From the NCBI GenBank assembly GCA_040218735.1, contig JAVJQW010000046.1:64001-128000 (forward strand): a stretch of 64,000 nucleotides of DNA, in the 5' to 3' direction. Source of the DNA: Deltaproteobacteria bacterium. Lineage in GTDB: Bacteria > Myxococcota > Kuafuiibacteriia > Kuafuiibacteriales > Kuafuiibacteriaceae. This document shows positions 1-9,025 of this stretch, piece after piece. Each line of letters opens with the position of its first letter. Position 1 is the first letter of the stretch. The position numbers were made by a program, and so were the translations under genes. The notes under the pieces were generated by a model. That model was not told the DNA's origin, made no database searches, and was given only the letters and a program-made list of their open reading frames with translations.

Positions 1-710
1 GGCAAGTCGTCTTGCAAGGCTCCGTCGGCCCGGTGCCGGTCGAGCAGGTCTTCCACCTCGCCGAGAACATGCCCGGGCGCACCGGCCTCACGTTCACGCG
101 CGGCGAGCAGCGCATCGAGCTGTACTTCGAGGATCGCTACCTCGTCTTCGCGCGCGGCGAAGGGCTCTCGCCCGGTTATGCGCTCGGCGCGTTCCTCGTG
201 GACCAGGGCGCGATCGAACCCGAGGACTTCGAGAAGTTCCTCGCGGAGCAGTCGTCGCCGTTCATCCGCATCGGTGAGCAGCTCGTGCGTCACGGCTACG
301 TCGAGATCGAAGCGGTGAAGAACGCGCTCGTCGCGCAGGTGCAGCTGTACGCCTCCGAGGCGATCCGCTGGATCGGCTCGACGTTCTCGATCCAGCGCGA
401 CGTCGACCTCCCCGAACCGGCGACCACCGCCGACGTCCAGCTCCCCGTCGCGTTCGTCCTGCTCGAAGGGATGCGTCAGCTCGACGAGTGGGACCGTGTC
501 ATCGAGCAGATCGGCGGCCTCTCCGCTGTCCCGGTTCGCCTCGACACCGAGGAGACCGCGGCGCTCTCGCCGCGCGAGCGACACCTGCTCTCCCACGTCG
601 ACGGCACGCGCAGCGTCGAGGACGTCGCCAAACGCGCGTGCCGCCCGACGTTCGACGTCTGCTGCTCGCTCGCCGAGCTCCGCGGGCGGCGCCTGCTCAC
701 CGTCGCGTGA
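1..710 (+). CDS. DUF4388 (PATAN-like) domain protein, 5'-truncated by the window edge
   Basis: Frame is open back to the window start. The pattern L-x-G...TGLTF...IELYF...LG-x-FLV-x-x-G-x-I...LLEGMRQLDEW...VDG-x-RSV is typical of myxobacterial DUF4388 proteins. Confidence 0.75.
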   Translation, partial: QVVLQGSVGPVPVEQVFHLAENMPGRTGLTFTRGEQRIELYFEDRYLVFARGEGLSPGYALGAFLVDQGAIEPEDFEKFLAEQSSPFIRIGEQLVRHGYVEIEAVKNALVAQVQLYASEAIRWIGSTFSIQRDVDLPEPATTADVQLPVAFVLLEGMRQLDEWDRVIEQIGGLSAVPVRLDTEETAALSPRERHLLSHVDGTRSVEDVAKRACRPTFDVCCSLAELRGRRLLTVA

Positions 711-1063
711 ACCGACTCTTCGTCTACGGCACGTTGATGCGCGGCCAGGTCCGAGCCGACCTGCTCGGTGATGCGCCGCGCGTCGCCGCGACGACGCACG
801 GCCGCCTCTACCACCTCCCGCCCGGCTACCCGGCGATCGTCGACGTGCCGGACGGGGTCGTCCACGGCGAGCTGGTCACCATCGACCCCGCGTCCCTCCC
901 GGCGCTCGACGACTACGAAGGGGACGAATACCGCCGCGTGATCCGCCGGGTTTCGACCGCCGACGGGAACGTCGAGGCGTGGTGCTACGTGTTCCCCCCA
1001 GAGGACGAAGCCGCGTGGGTCGCCGCCGGCGCGGTGCTGATCCCCTCCGGCCGCTGGGCTTGA
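707..1063 (+). CDS. Gamma-glutamylcyclotransferase (AIG2-like) family protein
   Basis: LFVYGTLM, GYPA, V-x-GEL and LDDYEG motifs. The GTG start overlaps the upstream stop (GTGA). Confidence 0.85.
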   Translation: MNRLFVYGTLMRGQVRADLLGDAPRVAATTHGRLYHLPPGYPAIVDVPDGVVHGELVTIDPASLPALDDYEGDEYRRVIRRVSTADGNVEAWCYVFPPEDEAAWVAAGAVLIPSGRWA

Positions 1064-1099
1064 AGAAACGATCCGTCTCGTGTGTCGTAGACCTCTCAG

Positions 1100-1687
1100 A
1101 TGACGAACTCGATCGAGACCTCCGCGCTCCCCGGCGAGGCGCGCCGCAGCCTCCCTCAGCCGAAGGCGAACCGGCTCTCGGGCATCGTCATCGCGCTGTG
1201 TCTGTTGGCCGCGTTTGCGTTGGTCGGCCGCCGTATGTGGGCCGTCGCCACGGGCCCGCTCCCGCCGGGGCCCGGCGTGACGGCGCCGGCGATCGTCGGC
1301 GCGACCCCCGACGGCATGGAGCGCTCGCTCGAATCGCTGAAGGGCAAAGTCGTCGTCGTCGACTTCTGGGCGACGTGGTGCCCGCCGTGTCGCGCCGCGA
1401 TGCCCGGCCTCCAGAAGCTCCACGAAGACCTCGAAGGCGAGGGCGTCGTGGTGCTCGGCGTGAACCAGGAGCCCGGCGCCGAGGCGCGTGTGAAGCGCTA
1501 CCTGGAGGGCTCGGGCATCACGTTCGAGAGCGTGATGGATGAAGGTGACATCGCGCGCCGCTGGGGCGTGTACACGTTCCCGACCACGTTCGTCGTCGGC
1601 CGCGACGGTGTCATCCGCGCGACGTACCGCGGCCCCGTCGCCGAGGGGACGTTGCGCACGGTGGTGAAGGACGCGCTAAGCTCCTGA
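1100..1687 (+). CDS. TlpA/ResA-family thioredoxin-like disulfide reductase, membrane anchored
   Basis: N-terminal TM segment, GKVVVVDFWATWCPPC, FPTTFVVGRDG. Confidence 0.9.
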   Translation: MTNSIETSALPGEARRSLPQPKANRLSGIVIALCLLAAFALVGRRMWAVATGPLPPGPGVTAPAIVGATPDGMERSLESLKGKVVVVDFWATWCPPCRAAMPGLQKLHEDLEGEGVVVLGVNQEPGAEARVKRYLEGSGITFESVMDEGDIARRWGVYTFPTTFVVGRDGVIRATYRGPVAEGTLRTVVKDALSS

Positions 1688-1689
1688 AC

Positions 1690-3168
1690 GTGCACGGCTT
1701 CGACAACCCGCTGCTCGCCGCGCTCGCGGATCGCCGAGTGGTGGACGTGTCGTCGTTCGCGGCGGCGCTCGCGCCCTCGTCGACCGGCCCGTTCGAGACG
1801 CTGCGGTCGTTGGCCGGCGCGCTCCCGACCGGCTTCGTGCACGCGGAGCGGGTCTACGTGATGGAGGCGCCGCCGCCCGAGCTGCGGCCGCTCGCGCCGG
1901 ACAGCCCGTGGTACGCGGAGGAGCGCTCGTTGGTGGTCGCGATGGGGCGCGCCTCGTTTTCGCTGGAGGGGTTGCTCGAGCGCATCGGTCGCTACGGTCA
2001 GGTCGCGCGCGCGGTGCACGACCGGCTCGCGGCGCACCCGGAGCTGGTTCAGGCGCTCGCGAGTGGATCGCTCGGGGCGCTGGACGTCACGCAGCTCGCG
2101 ATGAGCTTGGATGCGTCGCCGGCGGCGTTCGCTTCAGTGGAATCGAAGGCGCCGGAGCTGTTCGGTGACCTCGCGGCGATGGCGCAGCGGGTGTTCGATC
2201 CGGAGGTGCACGTACACGCCGACCTCACGCCGGTCGGGCAGACCTCTCGCGGCGAAGCGATCGCGGAGGCGATGCTCGGCCGCGCGGCGCCGGGGACGTT
2301 CAAGCTCCTGGTCAGTGATCACGCGGCGACGATCGAGCTTCTGTCGCCGTACACCCGCGACCTCGGGCACGCGCTCTACCAGTGGTCGCTCGAGAACCCG
2401 GAGCAGATCTTCACGCGCGGGCTCGTCGAAGCGATCCGCGAGACACCCGAGGCGCCGGAGGACGATCTCGCGGCGTTGATCGTGCCCGATCTGTTGCGCG
2501 TGGCGCCCCAGCTGCTCGAAGAGCGGCGCGTGCAGGAGTCGACCGCGGGGTTGTGGTTGCAGGACGTGTTCGGGACGGCACACGGCGTCACCGATGTCGC
2601 GACGCTCGCCGACCCGGATCCCGTCGTCTTCTCGAAGTCGCGCAGCGGTTCGTTGTTGTTGCTCGCGGGGGGCTCGCCCACGGTGTTGCTCGCGGCGTCG
2701 CGCGCGTTGTTCGGGTGCGGACGTGTGTCCGGTTTCGCGGGGGTGTTCGGCGCTGGGCTCGATGATGACCGAGTGGTCATACCGAGCGCGCTCGTCGCGG
2801 AGGACGACGGCGTGCGTTTCTCGACGACGCAAGAGCTCACGTCGGTCGCCGAAGCGCATGACCTCTCGGTCACGAACGCGGGTCCCATTCCGGTCGGTCA
2901 CGACCGCGGTGCATCAACCGTGGCGCTGCGGATCTGTGAAGCGATCCGCAGAGCACGGATCCTCGGATCACTCGAGGCCGATGCATCGGTGTACCTCGTA
3001 TTGCACCCGCGTTCTGGCGGCGGACTTCGACGCGCGCGATGTGTGCTTCGAGCCTCCAGACTCGCACTGCTCGCGCTCCTCGGTGAAAGGTCTCAAAAGG
3101 GATCACCGAAGCGTAAGTCTCCGAAATCAGAAGGCTCAGGTCGTCTCAGCCGTCGGTTTAGGGCTTAG
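1690..3168 (+). CDS. Hypothetical protein (492 aa)
   Basis: Long ORF in operon position 2 nt after the TlpA gene, protein-like composition. No family recognised. Confidence 0.65.
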   Translation: MHGFDNPLLAALADRRVVDVSSFAAALAPSSTGPFETLRSLAGALPTGFVHAERVYVMEAPPPELRPLAPDSPWYAEERSLVVAMGRASFSLEGLLERIGRYGQVARAVHDRLAAHPELVQALASGSLGALDVTQLAMSLDASPAAFASVESKAPELFGDLAAMAQRVFDPEVHVHADLTPVGQTSRGEAIAEAMLGRAAPGTFKLLVSDHAATIELLSPYTRDLGHALYQWSLENPEQIFTRGLVEAIRETPEAPEDDLAALIVPDLLRVAPQLLEERRVQESTAGLWLQDVFGTAHGVTDVATLADPDPVVFSKSRSGSLLLLAGGSPTVLLAASRALFGCGRVSGFAGVFGAGLDDDRVVIPSALVAEDDGVRFSTTQELTSVAEAHDLSVTNAGPIPVGHDRGASTVALRICEAIRRARILGSLEADASVYLVLHPRSGGGLRRARCVLRASRLALLALLGERSQKGSPKRKSPKSEGSGRLSRRFRA

Positions 3169-3260
3169 CCCCCGCACCTTTCTTCGCTTTTGACTCGCAA
3201 CGAGGAGCAGAAACGACTAATGATACGCCCGTAACCTGTTGGGGGTTATCCGTTGGCGCT

Positions 3261-3285
3261 GTTTTGCGGCGCCGCAAAACTTTTT
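3261..3285 (+). terminator. Perfect 20-bp palindrome followed by a T5 tract (terminator/attenuator or operator)
   Basis: GTTTTGCGGC|GCCGCAAAAC at 3261-3280, then TTTTT. It lies in an AT-richer intergenic region before the LuxR-type gene. Confidence 0.5.
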
Positions 3286-3312
3286 GTCCGGGGGGACTAA
3301 GAGGTTGAAGCA

Positions 3313-3996
3313 ATGACCGAGGGTAGTCCCATCATGAGCAACTCCAACATGGCTAGCGTTCATCCGAGCGGTCAAACCGCTGCGGAGGCGCAGCCCCAAG
3401 ATGTCGTGCTGGTGTACGCACCAGTCGTCCCGCCGCAGCTCGAGCACTGGCTTCGCAAGCGTTCGATGCGGCTCACCAAGAACACGTCGGTCGCCGTGGA
3501 CGCCAACGAAGTGCGTTCGAGCGGTGCCCGTTTTGTGTTCATCGATACCGATGCGCTTCCGGCGGGGAGCCAGGCGACGGAGACGATCCGTAACCTGCGC
3601 GCCCAGGTCCCGGACGTTCGCGTCGTGGCCCTCACGCATCACAGCGACGAGGCCACGGCGAAGAGCTTCCAGGACGCGGGTGCCACCGGCGTCGTGATCA
3701 AGCAGCCCTACGTGGCCGACCTGGTGTTTGCGCTCCAGGCCTGCCAGGAGGGTCGTAGCTACGTCTCCGGCGTGGCCACGGATCGCGAGCGCGCATCGGT
3801 CCAGATCACCGCGCGTGAGAAGGAGGTCCTGGAGCTGATGGCGAACGGCCACAGCAACCAGGCAATCGGTGAGCGGCTGTCGATCAGTGTGAAGACCGTC
3901 GAGGCGCACCGCGCCCGGCTGTTCAAGAAGCTCGGGGCGAGCAACGTCGCGGACGCCGTTCTTTTGGCGATCCGGACGGGCCTCGTCATGCCGTAG
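3313..3996 (+). CDS. NarL/LuxR-family response regulator with atypical receiver domain
   Basis: C-terminal ITAREKEVLELMANGHSNQAIGERLSISVKTVEAHR HTH. The receiver-like N-terminus lacks the acidic pair after beta1 (VVLVYAP). Start could be 3313, 3334 or 3349. Confidence 0.85.
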   Translation: MTEGSPIMSNSNMASVHPSGQTAAEAQPQDVVLVYAPVVPPQLEHWLRKRSMRLTKNTSVAVDANEVRSSGARFVFIDTDALPAGSQATETIRNLRAQVPDVRVVALTHHSDEATAKSFQDAGATGVVIKQPYVADLVFALQACQEGRSYVSGVATDRERASVQITAREKEVLELMANGHSNQAIGERLSISVKTVEAHRARLFKKLGASNVADAVLLAIRTGLVMP

Positions 3997-4056
3997 TTGT
4001 TCGTAGCGATCGAGGCGCTCCGCGTTTTGACTTTGCGGGGCGCCTCGTACGCATCT

Positions 4057-5007
4057 TCAGGCGAGCTCGATCGCCTTCACCGCCCAGGCGGGTACCCAAA
4101 TATGATCGATGTTCCCGCGGCGCGGGTTCGGCACGACCGTGAGCGCGTCCGCGCCCTCCTGGTAGTCCGGGCTCATCCCGCTCACCTGGCGATCGTTCAC
4201 CAGCTTCACGATCAGTGACGTCCCCGTCGGGTCGGGGCTGTTCGCGCCGCGGCGCTGTCCGAAGAAGATCGCGAGCACGTCGTCGAGCGTGATGTTCGAG
4301 ACCTGCCCGTTCTTCATCTTCATCTGGAGGTGACCCGAGCTCGGGTCGAAGCCTTCCACCTGACCGCGCTGTGTCCCGCCCGCCATCATGTGGACGATGA
4401 CCGGCGTCCCGGTGGCCGTCGGCGTGTCGACGCGCGACGCTGCGCGCGGCTGCGGCGTCCCGGGGCGAGGGGCCGCGCGTGGATGCGGCGTGGCGGCGCG
4501 CGGCGCCGCGACGGGCGGCGGCGGACGCTCGAGGCCGAGCAACACCCGCGCTTCGCGTTCGAGATCGATCGAGTCGCCGGACGGGTTTACGACGTCGCTC
4601 GGGATGACGTCCGCCGTGACCGAGGCCGGCACGAGGTCGTCGGAGAAGTAGTCCTGCATGAACGCCGGCGTACGCGGCGGTGTGTAGCTGCTCCGCGGGA
4701 CCGTCGCGACGTCGCGGACCTTGCCGCGATCCGCGTCGGACATGTCGAGCGCGTCCGTGAGCGCCGAGGCCATCGAGGGCTTGGGCGCCGCCGTCGCGGC
4801 GGGCGCGGACGGTGCGCTCCCGGGGGCGGCGGTCGGGTTGGCGATGCGCTTCGGCGCGGGCTTCGCGCCGTCGATCGCCTCACGAATCGCTTCGTCGAGG
4901 ACCTCCATGCGCGTTCGTTCGTTCACCGGGAGCGCGCGTTTGCGTCGCTCCATCGCCAGCCCCACGAACTCTTGAATCAGCGCCACGGTCGCCCGTGCGT
5001 CAGACAT
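4057..5007 (-). CDS. Hypothetical protein with Pro/Ala-rich linker and C-terminal DUF6982-like tandem domain
   Basis: C-terminal VIVH...G-x-x-x-RG-x-V-x-x-FDP...DDVLAIFF...IVKL-x-x-x-R-x-V-x-G-x-SPDY...NIDHIWV. ATG at 5007 overlaps the end of the upstream gene. Confidence 0.65.
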   Translation of the reverse strand: MSDARATVALIQEFVGLAMERRKRALPVNERTRMEVLDEAIREAIDGAKPAPKRIANPTAAPGSAPSAPAATAAPKPSMASALTDALDMSDADRGKVRDVATVPRSSYTPPRTPAFMQDYFSDDLVPASVTADVIPSDVVNPSGDSIDLEREARVLLGLERPPPPVAAPRAATPHPRAAPRPGTPQPRAASRVDTPTATGTPVIVHMMAGGTQRGQVEGFDPSSGHLQMKMKNGQVSNITLDDVLAIFFGQRRGANSPDPTGTSLIVKLVNDRQVSGMSPDYQEGADALTVVPNPRRGNIDHIWVPAWAVKAIELA

Positions 5008-5581
5008 TGCCGTAGCCTCCGGGTTCGAAGCGCGACAGGTCCAACGAGAGTCGCTCGAGGTAGTCGGTGCCACCGATGCGTCGCCAGAAGCGCTGCGCGA
5101 CCCGGTTGTGGTGCGCGACGTAGACCTCGACCGACTCGGCGCCGCACTGTCTCAGCCACGCGACGGCGTCCTGCACCAACAGCTCGCCGACGCCCCGTCG
5201 CCGCATCGACGCCGTGACGCACAGATCGTTGATGTACCCGATCCAACGCGCCCGGTAGACCGGGCTGTTCGGGAGGACACACGCGATCGCGAAGCCGACG
5301 ACGGCGTCGTCGTGGACCGCGAGCCGGACCCGGTAGTCGTCGCGGCTCTGCGCGGTGTCGACGTAGTTGAAGAACCGCTGGTCGGCGTTGTCGGAGAGGT
5401 CGAACCTCGGGTCGAGGTCGACGTGCAGATCCATCAGCTCGCGCCAGAGCGCGAGGAGGGCGTCGAAGTCCTCTTCGCGCGCGTCGCGCAAGACGATGTC
5501 TCCCGACCGCGCGGGGAACGGTCGTTCCCGAGCATGCACCACGGATCGAAGTAGCACGCGGCGCCCGGCGGCGACAATCAT
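5000..5581 (-). CDS. GNAT family N-acetyltransferase
   Basis: GYINDLCVTASMRRRGVGELL (motif A) and N-x-x-A-x-x-FW. ATGA coupling with the S8 gene stop. Confidence 0.85.
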   Translation of the reverse strand: MIVAAGRRVLLRSVVHARERPFPARSGDIVLRDAREEDFDALLALWRELMDLHVDLDPRFDLSDNADQRFFNYVDTAQSRDDYRVRLAVHDDAVVGFAIACVLPNSPVYRARWIGYINDLCVTASMRRRGVGELLVQDAVAWLRQCGAESVEVYVAHHNRVAQRFWRRIGGTDYLERLSLDLSRFEPGGYGNV

Positions 5582-7653
5582 CTGCGCCGGGACAGGCCCC
5601 AGGCGAGCACCACGAACACGGCCCAGAACACACCGGAGCGCCCGCCCGTGGTGTGGCAGCCGCAGCCGCCCTCCTGGGCGCCGACCGCGTTCATCAGCGC
5701 GAGCGTGGCGTCGAGGCGCCCGGCGCCCCAGCGGGGGTCGAGCTGCGGATCGGCGTCGCCGTCCTGCACCGCGCCGCCCAGGATGAAGCTCTTGAGGTCG
5801 GTCTTGGACACCTCCGGGCGCGCGCCGAGGATCAGCGCGGCCACGCCGGCGACGTGCGGAGCGGCCATGCTGGTGCCCGCGGCGGCTCGGTACAGCGGCG
5901 AGACGGCGCCGGCGTCGGGGCCCGCGGAGCGGCTCCGCGCGCCGATCACGAGGTGCCCGGGGGCGGCGATGTCGGGCTTCTTGCCGGTCCTGGATTCGGC
6001 GAGCGTGGGTCCCCACGAAGAGAACGGCGCGACCTTCCCCAGCGTCCCACTCACGCTGCGCTCGGTGCCGTCCTCCGTCACGAACTCCGTGCGGGTGACG
6101 TACGCCGACACACTCAGCGCGCTGATCGCCGTGGCGAGGTCCGAGATGGTGTGGTCGGTGTCGCCGAGGGTCTGCTCGTCGACGCCGAGCACGCGGTCGC
6201 GGTCGAAGCGAATCGGCGACGGCTCGGACACCGGGGAGTCGACCCACAGGTCGATGCGGCCTTCACCGCGGAGCCGAATCACGAGGTACCCGGGGCCGTC
6301 CGGTGCGTCCTCCCAGTCGTCGAGTCGGAGCGCGATGCGGATGTGGCCCTGGCGGTTCTCGACGTCGAGCGGGTCGTCGGTGTCGAGGTCGACGACACCG
6401 AACGAACGCCCCTCGCCGAGGAGCACCACGGTGCGTCCGGGATCGCCGGGCGCGATCGTCGCGGTCTCGGCGAGGATCTCCTGGTCGGCGCTCCAAACTT
6501 GGACCTGCGCGCTGACCTCTGGCCCGACGTCGCCCCAGATGTCGACGATCGCTTGGCGCCGAGCGCGCTCCGGGAGCACGGGGAAGTCGAGCGCGACGTT
6601 CGTGATGTCGCCCTTCTCCAACCGCGCGAGCGCGTGCACGGGGAGCGCGCCTTCGTTGCCGGCGGCGGCGACGACGAGGTGGTCGTACGCGTCGATCGCC
6701 TGCGCGTGCAGCGACGTGCCGTCGTGCGGACCTTCCTGCCCGGCGAGCGAGATGTTCACGACGAGCGGGAGCTCTTGGTCCGCCGCGACCTGCGAGAACC
6801 ACGCGAGGGACTCGAGCACGGTGTCGAACGCGGTCGACGTGGCGACGGCAAGCTTCGCCTCGGGGGCGACGCCGCGGTACAGCGGGCCGTTGCTCGCGGC
6901 GATGGCGCTGACGAGTGTGCCGTGGCCGATGACGTCGAGGTGCCCGCAGCGATCCTCCGCGAGCTCTTCGGTGTCACAGTTGTCGCCGAACGTCTGACCC
7001 GGAGGTGGAGCGCCGCCGACGGACTGATCCCACAGCCCCACCACGCGGCTGGGGCCGTCGACTTCGCGGAGGTCGGGGTGCGTGAGGTCGACGCCCGTGT
7101 CGTAGACGCCGATCAGCGCGCCCGCGCCGCGGTAGCTGCGGTCGAAGAGGGTGCCGTAGTCGACGGTGTCCGCGCCGATGGCTTCGCGCGACTTGTCGAG
7201 AGCCGGACGCAGCGCTCGCGGCGCTTCGATGCGTACGGAGGACGGCGCGAGCGCGACGAGCGCGCGGCCGTCGAGCACCCCGGTGACGATCGCGTCGCCG
7301 AACCTCCCGGTGATGCGACCGCCCGCGTCGACGATGGCCGCGGCGTCGAGGCCTTTCGCGATGAAGCGCTGCCGAGCGTCGAGGCCGTCGCGACGTATTC
7401 GCGCCGCGAGGCCGGGGCCGAGGCGGGGGACGTAGGTGTCGAGCGTCGAGACCGATCCGGCGCCGAACGATCCGGCGCCGAACGATCCGGAGCCGACCGG
7501 CCCGGTCGTGCCCTGAGGACCGACGAATTCCTGGGCCTGCGCATCGCCGACGAGGACGAGTCCCAGCAGGATCGGTATGGGGCCTCCGCGAAGCATCGTG
7601 GCCAGGCCCGCGAGCGTAGGACGCCGAACCGCGCCTGTCGAGGGATCCGCCAT
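5578..7653 (-). CDS. S8 subtilisin-like serine peptidase with MYXO-CTERM-like sorting tail
   Basis: Catalytic triad motifs GVYDTGVD, GHGTLV and GTSMAAPHVAG. C-terminus is GGCGC + TM + RRR. Confidence 0.9.
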   Translation of the reverse strand: MADPSTGAVRRPTLAGLATMLRGGPIPILLGLVLVGDAQAQEFVGPQGTTGPVGSGSFGAGSFGAGSVSTLDTYVPRLGPGLAARIRRDGLDARQRFIAKGLDAAAIVDAGGRITGRFGDAIVTGVLDGRALVALAPSSVRIEAPRALRPALDKSREAIGADTVDYGTLFDRSYRGAGALIGVYDTGVDLTHPDLREVDGPSRVVGLWDQSVGGAPPPGQTFGDNCDTEELAEDRCGHLDVIGHGTLVSAIAASNGPLYRGVAPEAKLAVATSTAFDTVLESLAWFSQVAADQELPLVVNISLAGQEGPHDGTSLHAQAIDAYDHLVVAAAGNEGALPVHALARLEKGDITNVALDFPVLPERARRQAIVDIWGDVGPEVSAQVQVWSADQEILAETATIAPGDPGRTVVLLGEGRSFGVVDLDTDDPLDVENRQGHIRIALRLDDWEDAPDGPGYLVIRLRGEGRIDLWVDSPVSEPSPIRFDRDRVLGVDEQTLGDTDHTISDLATAISALSVSAYVTRTEFVTEDGTERSVSGTLGKVAPFSSWGPTLAESRTGKKPDIAAPGHLVIGARSRSAGPDAGAVSPLYRAAAGTSMAAPHVAGVAALILGARPEVSKTDLKSFILGGAVQDGDADPQLDPRWGAGRLDATLALMNAVGAQEGGCGCHTTGGRSGVFWAVFVVLAWGLSRRR
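7453..7490. repeat. 15-bp tandem repeat (~2.5 copies) within the S8 N-terminal region
   Basis: CGATCCGGCGCCGAA repeated; encodes GSFGA repeats on the minus strand. Confidence 0.7.
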
Positions 7654-7693
7654 GCTCGCGTTTTGGGCTGGTTCGGAGTACCGATCGCCCGGC

Positions 7694-9025
7694 ATGGCTG
7701 AAGTCTCGACCGCGACCCTCCACGAGCGCGCCGACGCAGCGGCGGGCCAGGGTGACTTCGCGACGGCGCTCCTCAATGCGGCGGAGGCCCTCCGTGCGGC
7801 GCCTCAGGACCCGAAGGCGCGCGTGAAGGTCGCGATCTGTTTCTCGATGCTTCAGGACGGGCAGACCGCGCTCGACGCGCTGCGCGTCGTCGCGATCGTC
7901 CTCGCGCGCTGCGGGTACATGCTCTCCGCGATCGGCGCATGCCGGGACGCGCTCGGCATCAAACCGGGCGACCCGAACATCCGCCAGATCCTGCACGGCA
8001 TCCACGCGAAGATTCACGGCAAGGTCGGCCGCGGTCGACCGCGGGTGCCGCCGCCCGCTCCGCCGGCGACGGTCGACCCCGAGTCGCCGGACAGCCTGCT
8101 GAAGATCAAGGACCGCGATGCGATGATCGCCGCGGCGAAGCGCATCGCGACCACCGACCCCACGGCCGGCCAGGACGACGTCGACCCCGGCTTCGTCCCG
8201 TTCTTCTCGGACCTGTCCGCCGAAGCCTTCGTCGAGCTCGTCGAGAAGATGCGCTACCACAAGGTCGGCCCCGGTCACGAGGTCGTGAAGCAGGACGACG
8301 AAGGCGCTTCGCTGTTCGTGCTGCTGTCCGGCGAGGTCACCGTCTCGCAGACGAAGGAGGGCGAGACCCACGAGCTGGCGAGGCTCGGGTCGGGCTCGCT
8401 GTTCGGCGAGATGTCGCTCATCACCGCGAAACCGCGCACCGCGACGGTGCGGACGACGCAGGCGGCGGAGCTGTTCGAGATCGACCGCGCGACCGTCGAG
8501 GACGTCGCGACGCGGCACGGCGCGATCAGCGAGGAGATCGTGAAGTTCGCGCGGCGTCGGCTGCTGATGAACGTGATGGCGACGTCGAAGATCTTCGCGC
8601 CGTTCGAAGACAAACAGCGCTTCGAGGTGCTGCGTCAGTTCAAGTCGCGCGTCGTCGAAGCGGGCACCACGATCATCGAAGAGGGCCAGGACGCCCACGC
8701 GCTCTACGTCGTGCTCGAGGGCGAGGTCGAAGTCAGCAAGATCGACGACGCCGGCGACGCCGTGGTGCTCGCGTACCTGAAGACCGGTGACGTCTTCGGC
8801 GAAGTGTCGCTGATCCTCGAGGACAAGACGATCGCCAAGGTCACCGCCGCCGAGAAGTCCGTCGTGCTCGTCCTCGAGAAGGAAAAGTTCGACGCCGTCA
8901 CGAAGGCGCACCCGAAGATCCTCGACTACCTGTCGAACCTCTCCGGGGAGCGGCTCGACGAGACCGAGGAAGCGATGTCCGCGGACGGTGTGATCATCGA
9001 CGCCGACGAGCTCATCATCCTGTGA
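7694..9025 (+). CDS. TPR-like N-terminus plus two cyclic-nucleotide-binding domains
   Basis: Two cNMP domains (LFVLLSGEV...FGEMSL...PRTATV and LYVVLEGEV...FGEVSL). Confidence 0.85.
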   Translation: MAEVSTATLHERADAAAGQGDFATALLNAAEALRAAPQDPKARVKVAICFSMLQDGQTALDALRVVAIVLARCGYMLSAIGACRDALGIKPGDPNIRQILHGIHAKIHGKVGRGRPRVPPPAPPATVDPESPDSLLKIKDRDAMIAAAKRIATTDPTAGQDDVDPGFVPFFSDLSAEAFVELVEKMRYHKVGPGHEVVKQDDEGASLFVLLSGEVTVSQTKEGETHELARLGSGSLFGEMSLITAKPRTATVRTTQAAELFEIDRATVEDVATRHGAISEEIVKFARRRLLMNVMATSKIFAPFEDKQRFEVLRQFKSRVVEAGTTIIEEGQDAHALYVVLEGEVEVSKIDDAGDAVVLAYLKTGDVFGEVSLILEDKTIAKVTAAEKSVVLVLEKEKFDAVTKAHPKILDYLSNLSGERLDETEEAMSADGVIIDADELIIL

